The position numbers and the translations under genes were made by a program. A stretch of DNA of 63,163 nucleotides, the filler included, from Rhabdomonas costata (Eukaryota): assembly GCA_019059605.1 (NCBI GenBank). It is 35 parts of 35 records of this genome, joined end to end, with 100 filler letters (N's around TTAATTAATTAA, not from the genome) between each part and the next. Parts side by side here need not be neighbours in the genome. Positions count along the whole stretch, not along the records: positions 10,837 to 12,543 come from JAHMHO010010317.1; positions 12,644 to 14,350 come from JAHMHO010010318.1; positions 14,451 to 16,157 come from JAHMHO010010319.1; positions 16,258 to 17,964 come from JAHMHO010010320.1; positions 18,065 to 19,771 come from JAHMHO010010321.1; positions 19,872 to 21,578 come from JAHMHO010010322.1; positions 21,679 to 23,385 come from JAHMHO010010323.1; positions 23,486 to 25,192 come from JAHMHO010010324.1; 27 more parts are not named here. The stretch is one strand, 5' to 3'. Shown here one piece after another: positions 12,503 through 25,309 of the stretch (within the stretch, counting starts at the first letter, position 1; each line of letters begins with the position of its first letter). The notes beneath the pieces were generated by a model. That model was given only the letters and a program-made list of their open reading frames with translations. It was not told where the DNA came from and ran no database searches.

Positions 12503-13487
12503 TTCTTAATTCCGTCTTCCTCCCTGCAGCCCCCCCCACCACCNNNNNNNNNNNNNNNNNNNNNNNNNNNNNNNNNNNNNNNNNNNNTTAATTAATTAAN
12601 NNNNNNNNNNNNNNNNNNNNNNNNNNNNNNNNNNNNNNNNNNNGAACCACAAGACCTAAAGTGTGTTGGAAGTGAGCCATAATCCAGTCCAAACCGTAAT
12701 TGAACCCTGCAGACGACGTCTAAAGGAAATGGGATAAACAGTGTGGGCAGGACGGCCGATCTAACCTCGCAGGCAATGCCCAGAGCATACAAACAGGGTT
12801 ATGGCCACGATCTGGAATTGCACCACACCATTTATCAAGACGTGCGGGGAAATTTTCTTTTTTTTGGAAGGGGGTGAATCTGAAGCGAGTAGCGCACTGC
12901 ACAATAAAGTCGTCTTCTTCTTCGCCAACTGGGGCCTAATTGGACGAGGACAGGGAGCAGGGCAACGTGTAGCTCATGCAAGCGAAGGATGCGGTTTGGG
13001 TGTGTTTTTAGGGGGCCTGTTCTTGGTAGATTGGTAGAGAAGGCTGACGGTCCCCTGCTTGTCTCCACTTTCCCCGCGCTCCTGGTGACCCCGACACCTT
13101 AGGATGTCCTTTGGTGGAGAAGGAAACTATTCTTCTGCTTGAAACCTTTTCCCGCAACCCCCGGTGACCTCGATCCAATAGACTGAAATGCATCCAAACG
13201 GGATGCGGTCGCCCGAGAAAGCCAGCACATATCAGCCTCCATCATGTTGGGTTCAAGCTCGACAGCCCACCCCAATTTTTCAAAAAGGCGCACTGCACAA
13301 AGTACCCCCCCCTTTTGGCCCGCCAGCATAATCGCCACGTTCGCTTTTTGGAGCGAACGAGAGTCCGCTGTGCTCGGCAAGTGTCCCAGTGCACACGCCC
13401 CACTGCACAGCTTTCAAAACAAAACGATCGAAGGGTGATTTGTTATATATAGCTCCCGCACGAAGGAGCAGAAGTAATGGGTCCGCC

Positions 13488-13795
13488 CTACAGCAGCACC
13501 ACCGCTTTGGAGTTGATCTTGAAGCTCGTGCCTGTAAGCCCGGCGACGTGGATGGCGTGGAGGATGCGACGGTGCACGGGCAGTGCAATCGCCTTGGCCA
13601 GCAGCAGACCTAGCGTCAGGGCCATGGCACAGGTGAAGGTGGAGATGATGTTGCGCATCCCGTCCAGAACGTTGGGGCCCAGCAGCATCCCCGCCGACTT
13701 CACTCCTAGCGCTCCGGGAACCAGCATGCACACTCCAGGCACCACCAGGGCGAAGGGGTGGTGGTCCCAGTACACGTATACAACGCTCAGCAGGC
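13488..13795 (-). CDS. ThrE/DUF1212-type (threonine/serine exporter family) membrane protein, last exon
   Basis: ALVVPGVCMLVPGALGVK...AMALTLGLLLA resembles the family's C-terminal PGxxxLVPG hairpin and final TM helix; TAG acceptor at 13798-13796. Confidence 0.65.
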
Positions 13796-14858
13796 CTAGT
13801 CGGGGGGCGGGGGAGGGAGGAAGAGGACGCAGATTGACTGCTCTTGAAAACAACAACAATGAAACCAAAACAGTCCAGCGTACAAGGTCCGGCACACAGC
13901 ACTTGCGCAAAACTGCAAATGAAGAGGATTGCCTGTTCAACACACGGATCGCCCCTTTCCAGTGGGCCTAATGTGTGCGTGGGGGGGGGGGATGGACCGA
14001 AAGACGGAGGTAGACGAGGCAACTATTTACGGCAGATTTGCGCACGCTTAAACGTGGTGCCAAACGGGGTGCCTATTTTGGGGTTCAGCATTGATAGTCA
14101 TCCGAACATGCGAATACACATGAGCATATGCGCGTGACAGTGCGGGGTACAAACAACGCGCACGGGGAGACTATGTATGCGCCTCAATGCACTCGGCTGG
14201 GTGATCACTGGCCAGCGAGGTGACAGGAAGGGCACGACGCAATGCGTCAAATACGTCAAAATACATCCCCGGTTTCACGTGCGCGCTATGCTTGCACAGG
14301 GATGCTCACCTCACATTCACTTCCCATTCTCCTCCTTTGCCCCCCACAACNNNNNNNNNNNNNNNNNNNNNNNNNNNNNNNNNNNNNNNNNNNNTTAATT
14401 AATTAANNNNNNNNNNNNNNNNNNNNNNNNNNNNNNNNNNNNNNNNNNNNGAGCTTTTTAGCTCATAGGGTGTGCTTTCTTTGCTTTCTCGGGATCTTCT
14501 GAGTGCTTTGTGACGAAAAAGGGTTTGAGTCGGTTTCTTGAGCCCCAGCTGATCTGCGTGTTGCGTACATACGCAACCAGTTCACGTTGCACCCTGTTCC
14601 TTTTTCTCTTTGACGTGGGAATGCCTGGGAAGACGCGGCCCCAGCGCGGCTCCGCCCGGGCCCGCTGCCCCCAAGCCTGTCGCAGGGTTCCCCCCTGCAC
14701 CCCACCGTGCTGGCTGTGCTGCAGATGCTGTACCACCTCCTCGGTTCCCCATCTACGAAAAGTGGCCATTACTCCCGCGTACGTTTACTGGTAATCACTG
14801 TGACGGTGGCAGTTCGGCGCCTTGTAGCCTCGTAGCTAACCTTCTGTAATTTTTTTTG

Positions 14859-15312
14859 ACTCTCGCGTTTCCACTCAAACGCGCCCGCAAGCAAAAACAA
14901 GAGAGCAAAAGGGGACGTCGTCAGTCACAAGAAACTTGCACTTGACAACAGCAGCAAAATGTGTCATGAACAGTTGGTTTCTGTCCCCTGTCCACACACA
15001 CAAGAACTGTACAGAATAAGGTCTCCCCTCTCCCGCCCGTATCGTATCCTGCCCACATCCACCGCCTCAAGGCGGGGGCTCTAGTCACTGTCTCGCCTTC
15101 GCCGCCGCCGCATAGCTGGGCTGTAGCACCGCTCGCATTTCCTTCGGCAAGGAACCCTTTGGCGCGCTGTGCCTAAGGAACCCGCACCCGAAGGCGCGGT
15201 ACCGCGCGACGCTGGTGGTGTGGCTCTCTTCTCTGTTACTCTCGAGTTTCCGCTCAAACGCGCGCAACCGAAAACAAAAGAGCAAAAGGGGACATCGTCA
15301 GGCACAAGAAAC
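14859..15312 (+). repeat. Pair of ~76-bp diverged direct repeats 379 bp apart
   Basis: 14859-14935 and 15238-15312 share ACTCTCGnGTTTCCnCTCAAACGCGC...GAGCAAAAGGGGACnTCGTCAGnCACAAGAAAC. Confidence 0.85.
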
Positions 15313-15938
15313 CGAATAAATCATTACACTCAGTACTGCCTGCCCGCTCAAATCCCACGGTGCTCAGCGTAGCTACTCCTCAATAACCATTCTCCTTCTG
15401 CTAAGGATTTTTGGAGAGTCTCCCCGGTGCGGTCTGTTGACTATCTTGCTGTAGCTCGTCAGAGGTCCAAATATCCAAATACCCTCACGCACGAAGGGAC
15501 AAGGGCAGGAACACCAATAAGGTGCTCCAAAGGTGTCACTTCAGACTGCCCCTAATTTCCTCCTAGTTGCGCCCTAATTGCCCCCACTTTTTATTGCCCC
15601 TATTTGCTGGGCAATTGCCCGAAGGTTGAATTGCTTGGTTTTTTACAATGCTACAATAATTACCTCAAGGTTTTGAAGGATCGTCCAGACGGCAAAACAC
15701 TTGCATTTCACTCCGCCACTGCACCGACCCCTTCTCCGTTATGCTCATGGACGGGCCTCCACCAAGCCACCGGGAGACTCCGGCATCAAACCCCCAAAAC
15801 AAAGTACCAAGTGCCTGCATAGGCTCGGCCTTCATCCGTTTCATTATTAAGGATGTACGGTGCGGTTGGGCGAGGAAGATTTTGGAAAGCATTTGTTTTG
15901 CTTTATTTCCACGAAGTGGTCTGTTGCCTTCAACACAG

Positions 15939-16148
15939 GGACCTATGGAGTAGTCTTCAAAGCCAAGGATCGACAGACCGGCGAGCTTGTTGCTTTGAAG
16001 CGTATCAGGCTTGACTCTGAAGAGGAGGTCTCCTTGCGCATGGGTCTTTGCAAGATGTCTCCACAACAGGGGTCCTTTGGTTCGCTGAGGATTTTACTCT
16101 CGTGTCTGCAGGGTGTCCCATGCACAGCTATCCGGGAGATTTCGTTGC
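15939..16148 (+). CDS. Cyclin-dependent kinase, PCTAIRE type (kinetoplastid CRK1-like), two exons
   Basis: [30 protein letters not shown] + [12 protein letters not shown] after removing an 84-nt GT-AG intron (16028-16111). Confidence 0.95.
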
Positions 16149-17046
16149 ACAAAAAAANNNNNNNNNNNNNNNNNNNNNNNNNNNNNNNNNNNNNNNNNNN
16201 NTTAATTAATTAANNNNNNNNNNNNNNNNNNNNNNNNNNNNNNNNNNNNNNNNNNNNGGGGGTTGGGGGGTTGCAATGAAAGCGATTGCTGGAAATACAA
16301 CCTGTCATGCCTGATCTGTTGCAGATGAAGGGGTTCGGCAGAGTGGACCTCGCGACGCAATGTTCTTGCTTGACATGGTGCGCGGCTCGCAGTGGGAGGG
16401 CCGCGTAGTGAGTGTCTATCAGCTGGTCCCTGAAGCTATGGTTGGCAACTCGGAATACAGCGGTGTGTTCCCCCCTGGCAAGTGAGGCATTTTTGCCAGC
16501 AGAGCTCCGCAAGGAGACAGCAGATGAGTTGGTCTAGAAATTAGGGCCTTTTCAAACCGGTTGAGGACTCAGTTGGGGTTGCATGTGCCGGGTTTCGGGC
16601 TGCACTTCTTGCCTGGGGATTTCTTTATCGATGTCTTTTCAGGCTTGCGTGATATGCTGATGCATTGATTGATGAACTCTCAATACCAAGGGGACTGTTT
16701 CCATCTTTTCCTGGAAATAAAAGGGGAGTCTGCACTGGCTTCAGTCTGTGTCTTTTCCTCGCTTTCGTGTTTCGTTGGCTGTTTTCGGGGTTCAAGGTGA
16801 ATGGCTGTACGCCTTCACTCCAAGCGTCGCGGTGAGTAACGCCACGACTCTGCAGGTTCTCTGGGCGCAATGCGTCCACGCTTTTTATACAGGTAGCCCA
16901 CCCACCCACCCATATTCTTCCGGCTATGGCGAAGCGGCAGTGGGTCACTGGAAAGATGAATCTATGCCGTGGGTGCCGCTGTTTGAATCGTGTCCACTCA
17001 GAAGCAGTGCCAAAGAAAAAAGTGCCGCCAAGGGGCAAGAGGAGCA

Positions 17047-17126
17047 GACCCGAAGATGAGTGAGCGTTTCGGTGTTTTTGGAGGCTGCTGTAAAAAAGTA
17101 CGCCCAGGCCTGCTTCGGCTTCGGCC
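17047..17126 (+). repeat. Dispersed repeat family A, diverged copy
   Basis: AGCGTTTCGG...GAGGCTGCTG...CCAGGCCTGCTTCGGCTTCGGCC aligns with copies at 24004-24084 and 28201-28281. Confidence 0.65.
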
Positions 17127-20100
17127 TCTCTTTTAATCTTACCACCACTGTTTTCACGCCGGTAGACGGAACCTGCACCCCGATCTGCATACACCGCCTC
17201 ACCACCGCCGTCGAAGAGTTTCTGGCACAGTGGCGTGTTGGCTTGAACGAACTTTCGGTCACCTCGTCTCTCTTGCTTTGTCCCCCTCCCGTCTCTTCTT
17301 CGCAGGTCACGTCTCGCTCGCCCGCTCTCTCCTGCAGCAGTACATCGTAGACTGCCCCGCATCATTAGGCCCACCAAGGTACGCACGGCGGCTTCTGGAG
17401 GCACTATCCTCTCTGCCAGACATGGCGGAGCGGAAATTCCTGGAAGAAGATGACACAGATGGGGACGAGGAGCCCCAGGGAATCTCCGAAAGAGTTTCCG
17501 TCTTTCGCGGCAACAGATCGATGCAGCAGGGCTTCAGCTCCTGCGTAAAGTGTGCCTTGCGCGCTGTGCGTCGTGCTAAGTTGTGAACCGGGAGTCATCA
17601 TCGTCGCCGGAGGGTCGTCTGAAGTTGCATTGTGCAATGTGTGGTCATCAGGCATCAGTCGAAACGATCACGGGGATTGTGACCAGTGTAACCACAGAAC
17701 TCGTCCAGCTGTTGTTTTTCTCTGGTAGTTTTGTTCTTGGAGAAACAAAGCTGCCCCCCCCCCTCCCATAAATGGGGTTACTGGGGGTGAATGTTCTTTC
17801 TTTGTGCCCTCGGAATCCATATACTATGACCTGCTCTCAGAGAGAACTTAAGCCTTGGGGCCGCATTGTGTGAGTTGCGTTTTGCTGGCACGATATCATC
17901 CAACTATTTCAGGCTAGTGCCCAATCAGTTGCATCTTCTGTTTGATTCACATTACCCGATGATANNNNNNNNNNNNNNNNNNNNNNNNNNNNNNNNNNNN
18001 NNNNNNNNTTAATTAATTAANNNNNNNNNNNNNNNNNNNNNNNNNNNNNNNNNNNNNNNNNNNNGGTCGTTCCTGAGGCTGCTATCAACTCACGTTCGTT
18101 TTCCTCTCGTTCCTGCGATGCCCCGATGCTTTTTAATGAGGCTCTACTGGATTTGATGGTATTCTGCTCCACCGCCAAGCCTGCTGGCCCCTCCCCCTTC
18201 CTCTTCTCTAGGCTTCTTGATAAGGACTGGGGAATGGCCGAAAGGGATCTCGATAGGTCTCCCTGCTGTCCCATCATCACACTCTAAATAAATTTTTGTT
18301 TGGCTTAACTTCACCCAACCCAACCCCTCCCTCTGGGTTGGGTTGGGTTGCGTTGGGTTGGGTTGCACCCCCAGTTCAGGGGTTTCAGGATCCCCCCATC
18401 AACAGTATAGCCTTCATACTCATTACTCATTGAGAATTTTATGTTTATGTGTTGGGGGGGGGGCAATATCCTGTCGAATGTTGGGAGCCCAGGGGGCCTC
18501 TAGTCCTCCACAAAAATTCAAGTGCACCATATGTGTATGTGTGTGGGGTGAGCTTTCTTTTTTTTCACTGGATATCCTCGAGATACTTTCCCGCTGATTT
18601 GCTTGCATCCTACTTTTGTGCTTGCAATTGATGATAATGCACCAAATCCACTGCACTGTTGTCATGCTGCCATCACAACGACGCCCAGGTGCAGAGCTGA
18701 ATATGCATTGATGACAGAGTAAGGCCCTTCTTTTTGCTATTTGCCCAGGTGCTTGCTCCTCTTCATTCTCTTCCCAAAAACGCCCTTGAATCGGTGACGA
18801 CCAGCCCACCTGGTGCGATTGGTACAGGACAGGGTTCTCACCCGTCCTCACCTGAGGTGCTCATTCTTCGTTTCCTATTCATCTGCCACACCACATGAGA
18901 GGAATTCCTTCATTCAGGGCGTTTAGAGACCCTTGAAACTGGGCTTCCTATTGCCTTCTCCGAATGATGCTTTATTCTCTGCTGGCACAAGTCTCCGTAT
19001 TTGTCAAGGACTGTGATAATTTGTTTTCTGGTTGCGACGATACCCATCCACTGGTTGTTGTGGTTTTACAGAGGTTCGATTACTGACATGTCTCATTTTT
19101 CGCGGTCACTGTGGGCTGTGATTACTTTTTGGAGTGTGAGGCTTGTGGATGTTTCAGAAGAAAAGGAGCAACAGCGCTCCGGCAGCGGAATCCAGGGCAT
19201 CACCAAGCAAGCCTTTTTGAGTGCAGGGGAGGGCTTTGAAGTAATGGCAATTACTTCCCCCCTCCTTCCATTCATTGCCTTTGGGGTTGGGGTTGTGTGA
19301 ATAATAGTCTCAGCCGCTCGATCGATCGTTGGGCCATTTGCTAAGTTTCGGATTGCGGGCTTCGGGCCCTATTTCTCTGTGTAGGGTGCCGGCAGGAGAG
19401 ACTGCCTTTTTCCAGGCCACCTACTCCTCCATTCTCTTGTTTTCTTTTGTATAAGTATAGCCCACACTGGCTATTGTACAGGTTTCTTCCATCGGGCTCT
19501 TCCTGTTCCTGTTTGGGGTGGCCGGACGTTTGCCGGTTTCTCTCACCTCTCTGCATGACTTTTCTACCTCTCGTGGCACATTTATTTCCGTGTTTGACTT
19601 ACTTCTATCATAAAATCAACAAGTTGTGTGGAGAGGTTTCTGGCTTTTTGGCTCTGTATATTTTCCTCCTTTCTTTCTCTACATTCCCACCTATATTCCT
19701 CTTTGATGGAAAAGGTGGTGGGGCAGTGTTTGGCGTGATGCGATCACAAGAGTGAGAGCATTTTTCAAGCCNNNNNNNNNNNNNNNNNNNNNNNNNNNNN
19801 NNNNNNNNNNNNNNNTTAATTAATTAANNNNNNNNNNNNNNNNNNNNNNNNNNNNNNNNNNNNNNNNNNNNTTTTTGTGGTATTTCTGCGGCGGCCCACA
19901 CCAGTCTACGGGGTGTGGATGTAAACTAGGTCGATTTCATCTTTTTCGCGTTCGACGGTGGGGTGATCGCTGTGGACGGCTTTTGTGTCCGCCCCCTGCC
20001 ATGGCGTAGCGCCCTGGACTGTGGCCTCGTGGCCATAAGCCCGCAAAAGATATATGCCAGACGGGTTCGGACCAATTACGCGGCTCTCTCAACTTTCCCC

Positions 20101-22585
20101 GCGTAGCGCCCTCGATCCGCTACCCAGCGTTCCTCCCGAAAAAACTTTTGCAATCTATGGCCCGCTGGTACGCAGAAGTTGGCCGGTTCACCCCGAATTT
20201 CGGATAGACCACCGGGCTATGGATCAGTCTCCTACATTCCTACATTTCCGCGCCTGCCGGTCACCCAAGTTCCTTAAGGGAGGGGTTCTCAGCGTATTGG
20301 CGCCGGGTTTGCGCAATCGATCGGGCGGCAAATGGACAACACTTTGGTTTTTGGCAGATCTAGAGTCGTAAATCCCCCTTCCCTTCCCAACAATCCACCC
20401 CCCATTCCAGCCCACCTGGACAAGGCAATTGTGCTGGTCTTCCGAAGGAATGAAAGAATTCCTGGAGATACCAGAAGCATCCAAAAGCGACATGAAACGG
20501 AATATGTTTTCTTTGGTGTTTTTGGTTTTGAGAAAATGAGTTCGGTCACATATAAACAGTACAAGGAGGAACAAAAGATGGGAAGGGGAAACAAAACGGC
20601 TTGTTTCGATTTGAAAGCGTACAGGGCAGCAGGGCAGGTGATGGAACCGTGTTGGGGACACAGAGGGGCATCATTATTAACAGGAGAAAAGCAAATGGGG
20701 ATAAAGATAAAATTTTGAGAGAAGGAGCGCTAGTTGGGGCCACATGAAGATATGGGATGCGTTAACATAGCTGAATAGGCTGGTAAACATAGGTTGAAAG
20801 GATGAGATGGGAGGGTGAGAATGTGGAAGTGCGTGTCAGTGGCGCTGCGGAGACGGGTTTAAAGAGAGTGCTGGCAGAAAACGCGTGCGGAGCGAGAGGA
20901 GCAAAGAAAGCAGCATAGAAGGCGGAGTGGGAAGCACAAACCTACAACAATGCCTGCATGAATGTACTTTATGGTCAAGCGGGGAGTGGAGGTGGATGTG
21001 GGATGGTTGGGAATGGAGGGGAGACTTAAAGCTCCGGATATGCCAAAACCACAGTGTTGGCCAGTTGCCGCTCAACCGCCTTCGCAAACCCAACTGAGAG
21101 TTCCACTCCTCTAAGGAACCGGGGTGACTTGACCGGTAGCGCCGGAAAAGCCGCTGCAGGAATGTCTTGGAGACGGGTCCACAGCCTCCGGTGGTCTCTC
21201 CGACAACCTGAGTGAACCGGACCACTTGAGCGTGGCAGAAGGCAGTAGATTGCTGTATCTTCTGCTGCTCCCGAAGTCGCTCCGCAACTGCAGTGGTGGA
21301 GACCAGAGACGTCCACAGCGATATCCACCCTGCTCAAACGCGGAGATAAAGAATTCGGCGTAGCGGAGCAGGGATACGGGGTCCACCTTCACCTCCCGCT
21401 GGAAGGTAGAGCCCGCCACCTCGGCATGGTCTCCATAAAGGCAGTGTGCCTCGCGTATTGACCCAGCTGGGCGCAGCAATCATTTCAGAGTGCAGATTCC
21501 AAAGATGGAAACAAGTTGACCACGAGCCAGCGGCGACACAACAGCTGGAAATCTGAGGATGCAAAAAGCAACCCCAACNNNNNNNNNNNNNNNNNNNNNN
21601 NNNNNNNNNNNNNNNNNNNNNNTTAATTAATTAANNNNNNNNNNNNNNNNNNNNNNNNNNNNNNNNNNNNNNNNNNNNGTTTTTTGGTGTTGATCGCTCT
21701 TCTTACAGCGATGAGAGCTGTGGGAAATGCCTTCCCCACTTCCCCACCCCACCTCCATTTACGGTGCATTTTATGGACCCTGCAGAGTGAACGTCTCGTC
21801 CACTGAGCAGAACAATGACAGAAGGTCGTGCATGGGGTTAGGAGGCGATGCACAGGTGCTCTAAGGACAAGATAGAAGATTTCGTAAAATGCACCGTAAA
21901 TATTAAATGGGGCGGGCCCCAAAATACACTTGATAGGGGGGGTCCCCAAAATGCAGGTACGACAAAACAAATAGAGTTCCACGGGCGGATACCTTTCGCT
22001 AAATTGCCATTTCCGCATCCACCACCAGAGAATCCTCTGCCCGGATGGTGCAGTGCTTTGCCTCGGCATGGCATAGCCAGCGGTGGTGTCGCGTGGTGGC
22101 CCTTGCACGGTGCGTCGAGCGCAGTGCGGTGACGGTGCAGCGAGTGAACCGGGCGTTCCTCGCGCGGAGGTGTTGCACCCCCCCCCCCCCCTTGTTTTGT
22201 GCCCTTCATTGCTGATGCTGTTGCTTGGGAGGTCGATGTAAAGTGGAGTGCTGTGCTTTTTATTATGAATATGGCTCCAGGGTTTCCGAAACGAGGGCTG
22301 CAATGGTTTCGCGCGTTAGGGTTTCTGTAGCGGTAAGGTTCACTCATATTGGCCAGCAAGATGGTTTGCAAGCTTACTGTTTTTTTTGTAGGATTCCTTT
22401 ACACGTATAACTTCGTAGTGACTCCGTCACATGCACAACACTATCATGTGCATAACGGCGTTTTCAAAAAAGGCGTAGAACGTGTACACTTGTATTAACG
22501 CCCCCTTATACTCCTCCCTGTTTATTCTCATTTCCGCCACTTTGGCCAGAGCTGTGCAGCCCATTGTGTGGCTTTTCGCTCACAG

Positions 22586-22949
22586 ATTTGTAGTCGAACT
22601 GAGGGCGCGCATCTTCGCTGCAGTGACAGTGCAACGGGTGTTTCGGGGATACCTTGACCGCTGCCGGGTTCGGAAATTGTGGGAGGTGTACGAGGAAGCT
22701 TTCCTGCGCCACGCCAAGCGGTACCTCTTGCCTTCCACCGCTTTAGACGAGACCGGTGTAAATAAGCTTGGTTGGTGGGCTGAGGTGGAGGAGGATGCAT
22801 TGCTGGCTGTGCTTTTCCCAGTTGACGGTATGCCCATTTGGAAGGCGCCAGTTGTCAACCGTAGCCATATGTCTCAAGGTCCACCTCGTAAAAAGGCAAC
22901 TCCCTTGCGACTGGTGACGAGCCATGGCCCAGTGTCTCCGCCTTTCTGA
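22586..22949 (+). CDS. IQ calmodulin-binding motif protein exon
   Basis: AAVTVQRVFRGYLDRCRVRK fits IQxxxRGxxxR; CAG acceptor at 22583-22585. Confidence 0.7.
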
Positions 22950-24003
22950 GAGTAATCCCCCCAAGTGCAGGTCACACAACAATATGCAAAGAGCCAACCT
23001 CAAGAGATAGATTTACCACGGTGCCCAGGTGTGGCGAAAAACTGGGTTCTTTGATGCCGGGGGCGAGGCATCATAAGGTAATATGGATGGATGGTAATAA
23101 GGATACCCTTCATTCAAATGCGGTGCTGTGGAATCCCACCCTGAGGATCATGAATAGATGAATAGATATCAGCCACTCAATTCGACGCACTGATTGTGTT
23201 CAGGTGTGGGAGGTTTTCAGGGTTTCCCGATGAATGTGCCTTTGAGACCCTTTGTAACTACGGTGTTAAAGGAGTTAAAATGATGTGGGAATCTTTCTCC
23301 TCACGCTTACCATTTTTTGGGTTACAGAATGTGGCTTCCAAATATCAACACCCATTGGAGGAATAACACCGGATACCCACCCCCCNNNNNNNNNNNNNNN
23401 NNNNNNNNNNNNNNNNNNNNNNNNNNNNNTTAATTAATTAANNNNNNNNNNNNNNNNNNNNNNNNNNNNNNNNNNNNNNNNNNNNGAATACAGTGCTTTC
23501 GTTGAAGGCTGTGTTTAGACTGTTTGTTGCGTTGTGTGGTATGCCTTGGATCTTGTTTGGTGTGTTGATCTGTAATGATTCTGCTGTGCTTAAAGCGTTT
23601 CTGTTGACTTGTTGTGCTTGTCTTGTATTTGCTACTATGCACGCTGTGTGTGCCGTTGGTATTTCGCGTCATTTTCCTGATTTCTTAGATGTATGCATCG
23701 TGGCTGTGGCAAATGCGCTGGCGCGTGCTGTGGCGCGTCAGCTGGCGCGTGCCAGGCAGGTAGCCTGACCTTGCATAGCTCCATCGTGTTGAGTGGTCTC
23801 GCCATTGAACATGGGGCCAGTGATGCAGAGACGCGGTTGTTTGTTGGCTGCAGGCGGCCACCTGCCAGTTGCGGAGCCACGTTCGGCGTGGGCGGTTAGT
23901 TGTAAAGTACTTTGTGGGTGATGTCGTAAATCCTCCGCTGCGCGGGGCAAGAAGCGGCGCAAAGTGGTTACAAAAGGGCCAATGGTAACAGGTCGGGACT
24001 CTC

Positions 24004-24084
24004 CTGACCACAAGGATCGGCCGCGCAGCGTTTCGGGAGGCCTGCTGAATATACAAAACAAACCAGGCATGCTTCTGCTTAGCC
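24004..24084 (+). repeat. Dispersed repeat family A
   Basis: Ungapped 81-nt alignment to reverse complement of 28201-28281; 12 mismatches by hand count. Confidence 0.9.
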
Positions 24085-25309
24085 TGCTTTGCTTTTCATA
24101 TACTCCAGTAAAACTTTATTATTTTTCCCTGTGAGCTGCTTTGAACTGCTGTGAACTGTTTTGTTCATGTTCTTATTAAAAAGACAAATGTACTCATTAT
24201 TCAGGAAGAGCACCAAGCAAGCAGAAGCGCCACTAAAGTGGAATGATTGAGAAACAATATTCACACAAAAGTAAGCAACGTTGCATTTGTTTTGAATGAC
24301 AGCAGATTAAACACCGCACCGCCTTAGCTGTGTTAGACATATCCACTCTAAAATGTGGTAGTTTCACTTTGTATCCTCACTCTAACATGAGTGTAACTTC
24401 ACAGTTCTAATAAAAACAAGGCACACTCAAAATCGTTACTTCCAGAGCCGTTTCCCTCTCGTATTGTGTTTAATTAAAAGCTTTACATCAGCACTATGTG
24501 ATTTTAATTCTTCCAATTATCTGAGTAAATTACTTACTGTATTCTTGTAATGTGCTGGAAAGGTAGCAAAATCTGTTCTGCTGGTATGCAATAAATGATA
24601 TGAATGAAAGTAGCGCACGAAATTCAGTGCGCAAAAGGTTTTTATAGTCACACCTAAGAGTTTTGGTTTTGTTTTACCTCCACTATCCTGTGTCATATGT
24701 GATCATACAGAATCTTTGTTTCTAACTTTAGTGGGTTCCTCCAAAAACCTTCCAAATCCTCCTAATGGCCTCAAGTTCCATTACCACGATTTCTGCGGAT
24801 TGAGGAAAGGACAGTAAACAAAAATCACAAAGATCACAAGCGCAAATGTGTAACCTCAATTTGTTTAAATAATCTTAAATAGGAAGCAGTCAGTGAAATT
24901 GGAGCTCTTTGTTCCTTTTTCGGTGGAAAGGAAACAAAGAGACAAAGAAAAAACGTGGAAGCCTCCATCTTGTAGTGAGCATCAAAACTACAAATCAATA
25001 CAAACGTTCTCAGAGTCTCAAAGCCACAACCCTTTGACATCATATGTTTGCACACTCCAGTTTATATAGATCACACTGAAGATACAAATGGTGTCATTTT
25101 TCAAAACAATCATTCACATTCTGGCACGCAAAAGTGCTGTGAAGGACGCTCTTGGATGTTTTCTTGAATGTTTCATTAACACAAACAACCACNNNNNNNN
25201 NNNNNNNNNNNNNNNNNNNNNNNNNNNNNNNNNNNNTTAATTAATTAANNNNNNNNNNNNNNNNNNNNNNNNNNNNNNNNNNNNNNNNNNNNGGACCAGC
25301 ACTCCCGGC

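Noticed and set aside
16028-16111. Stop-free 3n introns (84, 81, 90 nt) as protein insertions or regulated intron retention
   Set aside because: They interrupt conserved motifs and have normal GT-AG ends; ascertainment is biased by the ORF track.
18312-18365. (CCCAA)n/(GGGTT)n as telomeric repeat
   Set aside because: Short internal pentamer microsatellite in inverted arrangement; not TTAGGG and not terminal.
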